Source: Gemmatimonadota bacterium (GTDB lineage: Bacteria; Gemmatimonadota; Gemmatimonadetes; Palauibacterales; Palauibacteraceae). Taken from it: DNA of 64,000 bases. The stretch covers positions 3,520,001 through 3,584,000 of the forward strand of contig OZ220691.1 in the NCBI GenBank assembly GCA_965116475.1, given 5' to 3'. This document shows, piece after piece, positions 19,401-27,022 of the stretch (positions are counted from its first letter, which is position 1; each line of letters opens with the position of its first letter). The notes beneath the pieces are model-generated. The model made no database searches and was not told where the DNA came from. It worked only from the letters and a program-made list of their open reading frames with translations. The translations under genes were made by a program, and so were the position numbers.

Positions 19401-19973
19401 CGATCTCCTCCCTCTCTCCAGTCGCCGGGGCGCACCTCTCCCTATTTTGTTCTCGGCCTCGCCGGTTCTCCCTCTAATTGTCTGAAGCGATGACCGGCCC
19501 GGTGAGGGACAGCAGCAGACCGAGGGCCAGCCCGGGCCGTTGCGAAAGGGAGGCATGGTTTCGTCTCCCACGGTATCCGAGTTGGTGTCTCGGCCTGCTG
19601 AACATGACCTGGCGGAGCCGGGCATAGCAGGCTGTGGGAGCTGCTTCCCTCCGGCCTCTCGACCGGAGCCAGCCGCCTCGCTCTCCCACTTCGACCTCGA
19701 GGCCTCATCTCGGCGCTATTGGCTGGATGCCCTTCCCGGTGCGCCACTCTCTCGCATTCCCGCGCCGGTGGGTGGACCCTCTCCTCCACGGTTCAGCGTT
19801 CCAACGATCCCACGCATAACACGACCGGCCGATTCTCGCCAATGGTTCGGTCAGCGTCGGAGGATGTGAATCATGGATGCAAGAAACCCCGAGACGAGAG
19901 GTCTTTTGGGAGAGCTTCGCCTCGGGGCTTCCTGCACCGGCCCAAGGAAGAATCCTCGAGCGCGTCCACAATC

Positions 19974-21197
19974 TCAGTCGCTTGTCACCGGCGCAACGTA
20001 CTCGGCCCATGCCTCCATCACCGGACGCCGACGCTCGAGGAGATCGCTGCGCTGGTAGGCCCGCACGACGGCGTTTCGCTCGACATGACCGAGGATCGCC
20101 TCGGCCACTGCGAAATCGACGCCCGTATCTTCACACCAACTGCGCATGGAGGTTCGCAAACCGTGCGGCGTGGCCGGGACGTCGAGACGCCTGAGGAGCT
20201 GGAGAAACGCCATCTTGCTGAGGGGCCGATCAGCGCCAGCGCGCGGGCGAGAGGAAGGGAAGACCCAACCGGTCCCGCCCCAGCGCGCCTGGGCGTCTTC
20301 TAGCACCCTCAGGGCGCAATCTGCGAGCGGTACGCGGTGAGACCTACCTGACTTCGTCCGGAGGCTCGGAATCGTCCAGATCGCGTTCTCCAGGTCGATC
20401 TCGTCCCACGTCATCTCTCGGACCTCGCCGGTCCGAACTCCCGTCAGCGCCAAGAACGTGAACGCCGAGCGCGTCACGCGGTCGGCGGTGGACGCCTCGA
20501 CCATCTCGAGCAGGCCGGCGATCTCGCTGTGGTGCAGGGCCGGGTGGTGACGCTTCACGCGGCTGGCGTGACGCGGCAGCACCGTGAGGAGGTGGCGGCC
20601 CGCCGGGTTGTCGGTTCGGTGTCCCATCGCGACGGCCATCTCGAACGTCCTGGCCAGCCGAGCGCGGACCCTCCGGGCGGTCTCCTGCTTCTCCTCCCAG
20701 AAGCCGCGGGCCTGAAGCACCCGCGCCACGTCGGCGGACGTCACCTCGTCAACGCGCATCGCGAGCAGCGGATCGGCGTATCTGGTCACCGAGTTTCGCC
20801 ACTGGCGCTCGCTATCGGGAGACCTCCAGCGGGGTTTCTCCCGGGAGATCACCGCCTCGAAGACCTCGCCCACCGTCGGGACGACCCCCTTCGGCTGCTC
20901 GGTGGCCGGAGGCTTAGCCTTCCGCCGGCGCGGATCCTCTCCGGCTTCGACCGCCGCGAAGTTCCGGAACGCCTGTTCTCGGGCCTCCCTGAGGCTCACC
21001 GCCGGCCACGTTCCCAAGCCGAGGGTGGTTTGCTTGCCGTTGATCTTCACCTTCTGTATCCACCGGCGTCTGGCGGTTCGGTCCGACGTGGGCCGGACGA
21101 GGAGTGAAAGGCCGGCGTATCCGACGGCGTACTTTCGTGGGCCGCCTAGCGTCCCGATCTTCTTCTCGGTGAGGCGCACCAAGGGGCGTTTCGGCAT
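19974..21197 (-). CDS. int: P4-like tyrosine integrase with arm-binding domain
   Basis: LGLGTWPAVSLREAR arm domain; catalytic R (TGVRTGE), K (TKSGR), HGLR, LGH, Y (RAYQRS). Confidence 0.95.
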   Translation of the reverse strand: MPKRPLVRLTEKKIGTLGGPRKYAVGYAGLSLLVRPTSDRTARRRWIQKVKINGKQTTLGLGTWPAVSLREAREQAFRNFAAVEAGEDPRRRKAKPPATEQPKGVVPTVGEVFEAVISREKPRWRSPDSERQWRNSVTRYADPLLAMRVDEVTSADVARVLQARGFWEEKQETARRVRARLARTFEMAVAMGHRTDNPAGRHLLTVLPRHASRVKRHHPALHHSEIAGLLEMVEASTADRVTRSAFTFLALTGVRTGEVREMTWDEIDLENAIWTIPSLRTKSGRSHRVPLADCALRVLEDAQARWGGTGWVFPSSRPRAGADRPLSKMAFLQLLRRLDVPATPHGLRTSMRSWCEDTGVDFAVAEAILGHVERNAVVRAYQRSDLLERRRPVMEAWAEYVAPVTSD

Positions 21198-21215
21198 GGG
21201 GATCTCCGTTCGCTA

Positions 21216-21266
21216 TGGGGTACTCGTGCCTGCGAGTACCCCAAAACATGCCCCAAGTACCCCAAA
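21216..21266. repeat. Right-end GTACCCCA motifs (one inverted, two direct), putative arm-type sites
   Basis: TGGGGTACTCG (21216-26) and CGAGTACCCCA (21233-43) form a perfect 11-bp inverted repeat; GTACCCCAAA at 21257-66. Confidence 0.65.
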
Positions 21267-21399
21267 CTCGCAACTCTAGAGGAGGCATGGAGTTCCGCAT
21301 GAACATCCGACAACAGGTTCCGTATAATACATGATATCAACGAGTTGTGAATCATCCAGAAGTCCAATGAACATCAAGGGATTCGCGATTGTGCGATCA

Positions 21400-21415
21400 C
21401 CACACGTTCCCGCCA
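21400..21415 (+). repeat. att core, duplicated tRNA-Sec 3' end
   Basis: CCACACGTTCCCGCCA identical to 10811-10826, preceded by CGAT as in the tRNA. Confidence 0.92.
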
Positions 21416-21420
21416 CCCTC

Positions 21421-21921
21421 GTGCTTGCGGCCGCGCTTCTGTCCGGGCTGGCCCTGGACCCGTTGCCGCTGCGCGCGCAGGATCCGCCGCCTCCCGTCGT
21501 CCCCGACTCGGCCGCCGCCGAAACGAGCCCTGTCGCCGACACGACGGGCCGGCGCCCGCCCATCTCCCCCCTCGGCGCCTTCGGACGCTCCCTGGTCCTT
21601 CCGGGCTGGGGACAACTGGAGGTCGGACGCCCCGCCCGCGGCGCTTTCTACTTCGCCGCCGAGTCCGTCTTTCTGTTCATGGTCTTCAAGTCCGACGCGC
21701 GGCTCTCCGCCGCGAAGGAGGAGATGCCGCCGAACGAAGAGCGGATCTCCAACCGCACGGGGCAGCGGGAGAACTGGATCGTTCTGGCCGGGTTCTTCGC
21801 CTTCCTGAGCGGCCTCGACGCCTGGGTGTCCACGCAGTTCTGGGACTTCGAGCCCTCGATCGGTCCGCCCGCCGATGGGTCCGTCGGGATCGCGCTCGGT
21901 TTCAAGGTCGATTTCCCCTGA
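21421..21921 (+). CDS. Exported/membrane protein, DUF5683-like (start uncertain)
   Basis: Signal peptide; SLVLPGWGQ motif; LDAWVSTQF. Confidence 0.7.
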   Translation: MLAAALLSGLALDPLPLRAQDPPPPVVPDSAAAETSPVADTTGRRPPISPLGAFGRSLVLPGWGQLEVGRPARGAFYFAAESVFLFMVFKSDARLSAAKEEMPPNEERISNRTGQRENWIVLAGFFAFLSGLDAWVSTQFWDFEPSIGPPADGSVGIALGFKVDFP

Positions 21922-21953
21922 AGGAGACCGGCGGCCCGCCCCGCCGTCGGGAC

Positions 21954-22697
21954 TCAGCCCTCGCCGGGACCGCGGTATGACTCCAGGCGGATCTCGTCCG
22001 CCGTCACGACGGCGAAACTGTTGTGATGGAGCCAGTCCCCGGAGTTGAGGTAGTACCTCCCCGGCGCGAGTTCCGTGACTTCCGGCCGGTGCGAATGCCC
22101 GAACACGACCAGGTCCACATCGTCGTGGGCGGCCAGCACCTCCGCCGCGTGCCGCGCGAGAACCGAAGCCCGGGGCGACTCCTTCGGGGCCCCTCCCGCC
22201 TGGGCCCGCCGCGTCCCGCTGGCGAGCCGCGCGAGCGGGAGTCCGAGGTCGGGGTGGACCCACCGGAAGAGTCCGCGCCCCACCGGACTGCGCGCGGCCC
22301 GGCGCAGAACCCGGTAGCCCCGGTCGGCGGGGCCGAGTCCGTCGCCGTGTGCGATGTACGCCCGCCGCCCCGCGATCCGTCGCCGCGCCGGCTCTTCGAG
22401 GACTTCGACGCCGACTTCGTCGCGGAGAAAACTGCCCCCCCACGCGTCGTGGTTCCCGCCCATGAAGAGGACGGGCATGCCGCGTTCGACGAGTCTTCGC
22501 AGGCGGGCGAGCACGTCGAGTTGACCGCGTGGGATCACCTGGCGGTATTCGAACCAGAAGTCGAACAGGTCGCCGTTGATGAGAAGTTCGTCGCCCCAGC
22601 GGTCCGCCTCTTCGAGGAAGGCGAGAAACGCGCGCGCGTTCTCCTCGGCCACGGCCCCGAGGTGGATGTCGGACACGATGACGGTGCGTTCTGACAT
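21954..22697 (-). CDS. lpxH: UDP-2,3-diacylglucosamine hydrolase
   Basis: SDIHLG, GDLFDFW, GNHD, HGD, GHSH metallophosphoesterase motifs. Confidence 0.85.
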   Translation of the reverse strand: MSERTVIVSDIHLGAVAEENARAFLAFLEEADRWGDELLINGDLFDFWFEYRQVIPRGQLDVLARLRRLVERGMPVLFMGGNHDAWGGSFLRDEVGVEVLEEPARRRIAGRRAYIAHGDGLGPADRGYRVLRRAARSPVGRGLFRWVHPDLGLPLARLASGTRRAQAGGAPKESPRASVLARHAAEVLAAHDDVDLVVFGHSHRPEVTELAPGRYYLNSGDWLHHNSFAVVTADEIRLESYRGPGEG

Positions 22698-22811
22698 GGG
22701 GCCGAAGCTCGGCGCGCCGGGCGCGGCCCGTCAAACCCGGCGGCGGGCTGCGGGGCACCCGTCCCCGCGGAAAGTTCGACACCCGGTGCGTCGCGGGAGC
22801 ATATTGCCCGC

Positions 22812-23255
22812 ATGGAAGCCGCGAACGGAGTCGGAACGACGGAAGTGCGCGTACGGTACGCCGAGACCGACCAGATGGGGCGGGCGCACCACCGCCACTA
22901 CCTCGTATGGTGCGAACTGGGGCGCACGACGCTCATGCGCGAGCGCGGCGTGTCGTACGCCGAACTCGAGCGCGGAGGCCTCTGGCTCCCGGTGTCCCGG
23001 GTCGAAGTCGAATACCGGATCCCGGTCGAGTACGACGAACTCATCCGGATTCACACCCGCGTGGAACGTGTCCGGAGCCGCGAAGTCGTGTTCGCCTACC
23101 GGATCGCGCGCGCCTCCGACGACGCGACGCTGGCGCGCGCCCGCACGGCCCTCGTGTGCACCGACGCGCGGGGCCGCCCGCACCGGTTCCCGGATGCCGT
23201 GAAGCGGCAGCTGCAGGCCCTCCCGGCCGTCGCCGCCCCGCCCGCCGCCACATGA
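22812..23255 (+). CDS. YbgC/FadM family acyl-CoA thioesterase
   Basis: VRVRYAETDQMG motif. Confidence 0.88.
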   Translation: MEAANGVGTTEVRVRYAETDQMGRAHHRHYLVWCELGRTTLMRERGVSYAELERGGLWLPVSRVEVEYRIPVEYDELIRIHTRVERVRSREVVFAYRIARASDDATLARARTALVCTDARGRPHRFPDAVKRQLQALPAVAAPPAAT

Positions 23256-24190
23256 ACCGCGCCCCGATGCGCCGGACTCTCCGGGTACTCCTCCTCCTGT
23301 CCCTGAGCGCCTGCGGCGGCGGTTTCGAGCGCGGGACCTCGCTGCCCGATCCAGAAGATGTCGCGCGGCGGGCGCGCGCGAACTCGGGCACGGAGCAGCC
23401 GATGCACGTCGTCTTCCGGTGGGAATACACCGGCGAGAGCGGGAGTTTCCGCGGCGACGGCGCCGCCCGGGTGAACCCGCCCGACCGCTTCCGCCTCGAC
23501 CTCTTCTCGACGGGGGAGGGAAGCCTCCAGGCCACGCTCGTCGACGGGCTCCTGGCCACGTCGGGCGACCTCGAGGGCGTCGAGCTGCCGCCGACCGTCT
23601 TCCTGTACGCCATGGCGGGCGTGTTCCGCCCCGGCGACATGCCTCCCGCCGCCGGGTCCGAGATCCCCGGGTTCCGCGTCCTCGAGTTCACGGTCGAAGG
23701 AGGCGCGACGCGAAGCTATTATCTTGACGAGGGCCGGCTCACCCGCCTCGAGGAGCGGCGGGCCGGCCGCCGTGAGCGTTGGATCGAGCTCGAGTGGGGG
23801 CGCGACCGCCGCTGGCCCCGGGAGGCCCGGTATCGGGACATCGTCGACTCGAGCGGGGTACGTTGGGAGTTGGTGAGCGCGACGGCTCAAACACAGCCAT
23901 ACGATGAGGAACACTATGTCCTGCCGATTCCGCGCCGGAGCGATGGCCACGATCACGATGCTCGCCGTGCTGGCGGGGTGCTACGGCTTCTCCGGCGGCG
24001 GCGGGCTGCCCAGCCACATGCGCACGGTGTGGGTCGCCCCGATCGAAAACGAGAGCACGCAGTTCGGCATCGCGGAATCCCTGATGGACGAACTCCTCAC
24101 GGCGGCGCGCCAGCGGCTGGGGCTGCGGCTCTCGTCCGAGGAGGAAGCGGACGCGGTCATCACGGCGCAGATCAGGCGCTACGCAGATGA
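23252..24190 (+). CDS. Hypothetical lipoprotein (LolA/LolB-like fold possible); 3' end overlaps lptE
   Basis: ATGA overlap; lipobox LSAC; PPDRFRLDLF. Confidence 0.6.
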   Translation: MNRAPMRRTLRVLLLLSLSACGGGFERGTSLPDPEDVARRARANSGTEQPMHVVFRWEYTGESGSFRGDGAARVNPPDRFRLDLFSTGEGSLQATLVDGLLATSGDLEGVELPPTVFLYAMAGVFRPGDMPPAAGSEIPGFRVLEFTVEGGATRSYYLDEGRLTRLEERRAGRRERWIELEWGRDRRWPREARYRDIVDSSGVRWELVSATAQTQPYDEEHYVLPIPRRSDGHDHDARRAGGVLRLLRRRRAAQPHAHGVGRPDRKREHAVRHRGIPDGRTPHGGAPAAGAAALVRGGSGRGHHGADQALRR

Positions 24191-24428
24191 GGCGGTCAAC
24201 TTCGACGCCGTCGGCGGGGTCGGCGCGGACGTCTTCCAGCGTCGCGTGACCGTCAGCGTGTCCGTGGAGATCCTCGATGTGGCCGAGAACCTCATCATCT
24301 GGGGCAACCAGAGCCTGACCGGGACCGGGGAGTACGAGCCCGGAGGGGAAACCGAAGACCAGGCGCTGGTCGTCGCGCTCGAGAATCTCGTTCAGCAGAT
24401 CGTCGACGGGGCGCAGTCGCAGTGGTAG
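23916..24428 (+). CDS. lptE: LPS assembly lipoprotein LptE family
   Basis: GAGGA RBS; lipobox LAGC-YGFSG; LPSHMRTVWV..IENES; C-terminal W. Confidence 0.75.
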   Translation: MSCRFRAGAMATITMLAVLAGCYGFSGGGGLPSHMRTVWVAPIENESTQFGIAESLMDELLTAARQRLGLRLSSEEEADAVITAQIRRYADEAVNFDAVGGVGADVFQRRVTVSVSVEILDVAENLIIWGNQSLTGTGEYEPGGETEDQALVVALENLVQQIVDGAQSQW

Positions 24429-24591
24429 ACCGACCGGCGTCGACCGCCGGGACGGGATCGGGGCGGGAGCCCCTCGCGCCCGCGCGATCGGTTCGCCATT
24501 CTGTGGTCGATCGTTCACACGGGCCGATAACCTTCACTCAACGTCCGGGCGCCGACATGCCGCTAGCCGCTCGACCCGCCACGCCGAACCT

Positions 24592-25071
24592 GTGACGTAC
24601 ACCGCCGGTCTCGTCGCCATCCTGGCGGCTGTCTGGCTCCTGTTGTCGGGATACCTCGACAAACCGCTGCTCCTGGGGCTGGGCGCGGCGTCGGTGGCGT
24701 TCGTCGTCTTCATTTCGCTCCGCATGCGGATCGTCGATGACGAGGGGCTGCCGATCCAGCTCCCGGCGGGGCTCGTCCGCTACCTGCCGTGGCTCGTCGT
24801 CGAGATCGTGAAGGCGAACGTCGATGTCGCCCTGCGCATCCTGAGGCCGGGCCTGCCCATCCGTCCCCGCGTGATCCGCGTGCGGGCGGGACAGCGCACG
24901 GATGTCGGCCGGGTCATCTACGCCAACTCGATCACGCTCACGCCCGGCACCGTGACGATCGACACGGAGGGCGACCACATCACGGTCCATGCCCTCACGG
25001 ACGAGGCGGCCGAGGGCGTCCTCACGGGCGAGATGGACCGGCGGGTGGCCCGCGTCGAGGGACGCGGATGA
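24592..25071 (+). CDS. mrpE: Mrp/Mnh Na+/H+ antiporter subunit E
   Basis: ANSITLTPGT motif. Confidence 0.92.
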   Translation: MTYTAGLVAILAAVWLLLSGYLDKPLLLGLGAASVAFVVFISLRMRIVDDEGLPIQLPAGLVRYLPWLVVEIVKANVDVALRILRPGLPIRPRVIRVRAGQRTDVGRVIYANSITLTPGTVTIDTEGDHITVHALTDEAAEGVLTGEMDRRVARVEGRG

Positions 25072-25349
25072 TCCTCGCCGCCGTCGTCGCCGCGATCATC
25101 GTCACGATGGGACTCGCGCTCGTGCGGGCCGGGAAGGGGCCGACCGTCTTCGACCGCATCCTCGCGCTGAACATGTTCGGCACGAAGACGGTCCTCCTGA
25201 TTGCCGTAATCGGGTTCGTGACGGGCCGGCCCGATTTCCTCGACCTCGGACTCGTGTACGCCCTCATCAACTTCATCAGCGTCATCGCCGTGCTCAGGTT
25301 CTCCAAGTACGGGAACTTCGCCGATCCGGACCGCGAGAGAACGTCATGA
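25068..25349 (+). CDS. mrpF: Mrp/Mnh antiporter subunit F
   Basis: GPTVFDRILA, LVYALINF. Confidence 0.9.
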   Translation: MILAAVVAAIIVTMGLALVRAGKGPTVFDRILALNMFGTKTVLLIAVIGFVTGRPDFLDLGLVYALINFISVIAVLRFSKYGNFADPDRERTS

Positions 25350-25669
25350 CGCTCGAGATCGTGAGTTCGGTACTCGTGATCGCCGGCGCGACCTTCGCGG
25401 TCATCGGCGGAATCGGCATCGTCCGCCTGCCCGATTTCTTCTGCCGCATCCACGGGGCGGGGATCACCGACACGCTCGGGGCGGGGCTGATTCTCACCGG
25501 GCTCATGTTTCTCTCGCCCCATTGGATCGTGGCGGTGAAGCTCCTCGCGATCCTCGTCCTGCTTTGGACCACGAGCCCCACGGCCACCCACGCCCTCGCC
25601 AACGCGGCGCTCGAAACCGGGCTCCGGCCACACGTCGATGAGACGGAGGAGGCGACATCGAGTTCGTAG
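25346..25669 (+). CDS. mrpG: Mrp/Mnh antiporter subunit G
   Basis: GIVRLPDFFCRIH, TSPTATHALA. Confidence 0.9.
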   Translation: MTLEIVSSVLVIAGATFAVIGGIGIVRLPDFFCRIHGAGITDTLGAGLILTGLMFLSPHWIVAVKLLAILVLLWTTSPTATHALANAALETGLRPHVDETEEATSSS

Positions 25670-26235
25670 CGCTCGAGGTCCAGGTCGTCACGGCGTTGCT
25701 CCTCACGCTGCTGTGCGCGACGGCGGTCGCGGTCGTCCGCATGCGCGGCCTGTTCGCCGCCGTCATGCTGATGGGGATCTACAGCTTCCTCGGCGCCTCC
25801 TGGATGCTCCTGCTCGACGCCCCGGACGTCGCCTTCACGGAGGCCTCGGTCGGCGCCGGTATCTCGACCATCCTCGCGCTCGCCACCCTCGCGCTGACGA
25901 CGCGCAAGGCGAAAGCCCGCGCTCGAAGACCGGTGGTGCCGCTGCTCGTCGTCGCCGTCACCGGGGCCGCCCTCGTCTACGGGACGCTGGACATGCCGCA
26001 CTTCGGCGATCCGGAGGCGCCGGCCAGCAACTACCCGCACCCGTCCTACGTTGAGCGCGCCGAGGACGACATCCACGTGCCCAACGTCGTCACGGCGGTG
26101 CTGGCGAGCTACCGGGGCTACGACACGCTCGGCGAGACGGTCGTGATCTTCACGGCCGGCATCGCCGTGCTGGTCCTCCTGCGGGGGAGCCGCAAACGCC
26201 GGCCCACGGGCGGGGGAGGGGAGGACGCGGGATGA
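25657..26235 (+). CDS. Mrp antiporter MrpA C-terminal-like subunit (DUF4040); start ATC 25657 or TTG 25696
   Basis: APDVAFTEA, NVVTAVLASYRGYDTLGE. Confidence 0.85.
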   Translation: MEFVALEVQVVTALLLTLLCATAVAVVRMRGLFAAVMLMGIYSFLGASWMLLLDAPDVAFTEASVGAGISTILALATLALTTRKAKARARRPVVPLLVVAVTGAALVYGTLDMPHFGDPEAPASNYPHPSYVERAEDDIHVPNVVTAVLASYRGYDTLGETVVIFTAGIAVLVLLRGSRKRRPTGGGGEDAG

Positions 26236-26654
26236 CCGACCACACCGTGCTGCGCGTCGTCAGCAAGCTCCTGCTGCCCTACGTCCTCCTCTTCGCCCTC
26301 TACGTGCAGTTCCACGGCGACTACGGTCCGGGCGGCGGCTTCCAGGCGGGCGTGATCTTCGCGGCCGGCTTCGTGCTCTACGGGCTCATCTTCGGGCTCA
26401 CCGCGGTGCGCCGCGTCGCCCCGGGCCGCATGATCGAACTCGTCATCGCGACCGGCGTGCTCGTCTACGCGGGCACCGGGGTCGCGACGATGCTCATGGG
26501 CGAGAACTTCCTCGACTACGACGCCCTGTCCCCCGCGCACCCATCGACGGGGCAGCACTACGGCATTCTCGTCGTCGAACTCGGGGTCGGGATGACGGTC
26601 GCCGCGGTTATGATCGCGGTCTATTCGACCTTCGCGGGCCGAGGGCGCGCATGA
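26232..26654 (+). CDS. mrpB: Mrp/Mnh antiporter subunit B
   Basis: HGDYGPGGGFQAG motif. Confidence 0.9.
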   Translation: MTDHTVLRVVSKLLLPYVLLFALYVQFHGDYGPGGGFQAGVIFAAGFVLYGLIFGLTAVRRVAPGRMIELVIATGVLVYAGTGVATMLMGENFLDYDALSPAHPSTGQHYGILVVELGVGMTVAAVMIAVYSTFAGRGRA

Positions 26655-27022
26655 CCGGGACCCTCGTCGACGCCGTCCTCGGCCTCTACAACTACTGGGT
26701 CGTCATCTTCCTGATGATGACGGGGTTCTTCATCGTCATCTCGCGCGGTAACCTCATCAAGAAGGTCATCGGGCTCAACATCTTCCAGACCTCCGTCTTC
26801 CTCTTCTACATCACGGTCGGGAAGGTGAGCGGGGGCACGGCGCCGATCACGGCCGACGGACTGGAGGTCTACAGCAACCCGCTGCCGAGCGTCCTCATCC
26901 TGACGGCGATCGTCGTCGGCGTGGCGACGACCTCCGTCGCGCTCTCGCTCGTCGTGCGCATCCGCGAGGCGTACGAGACGATCGAGGAGGATGAGATCCA
27001 GGCGCAGGACGAGATTCGGTGA
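26651..27022 (+). CDS. mrpC: Mrp/Mnh antiporter subunit C
   Basis: NPLPSVLILTAIVVG motif. Confidence 0.92.
   Translation: MTGTLVDAVLGLYNYWVVIFLMMTGFFIVISRGNLIKKVIGLNIFQTSVFLFYITVGKVSGGTAPITADGLEVYSNPLPSVLILTAIVVGVATTSVALSLVVRIREAYETIEEDEIQAQDEIR

Larger units (their letters stand above)
10827..21415. mobile_element. ~10.6-kb integrated phage-satellite-like element (capsid-forming, tail-less) at tRNA-Sec
   Basis: Flanking 16-bp direct repeat, tyrosine integrase, head/neck genes, AT-richer ends, shared GTACCCCA motifs at both ends. Confidence 0.9.

Noticed and set aside
19442..19970. Short ORFs in the integrase-downstream gap
   Set aside because: No recognisable motifs and conflicting overlapping frames; better explained as structured non-coding sequence, though a small gene cannot be excluded
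10827..21415. Complete prophage
   Set aside because: Only 10.6 kb between att sites, with no recognisable tail, lysis or replication genes
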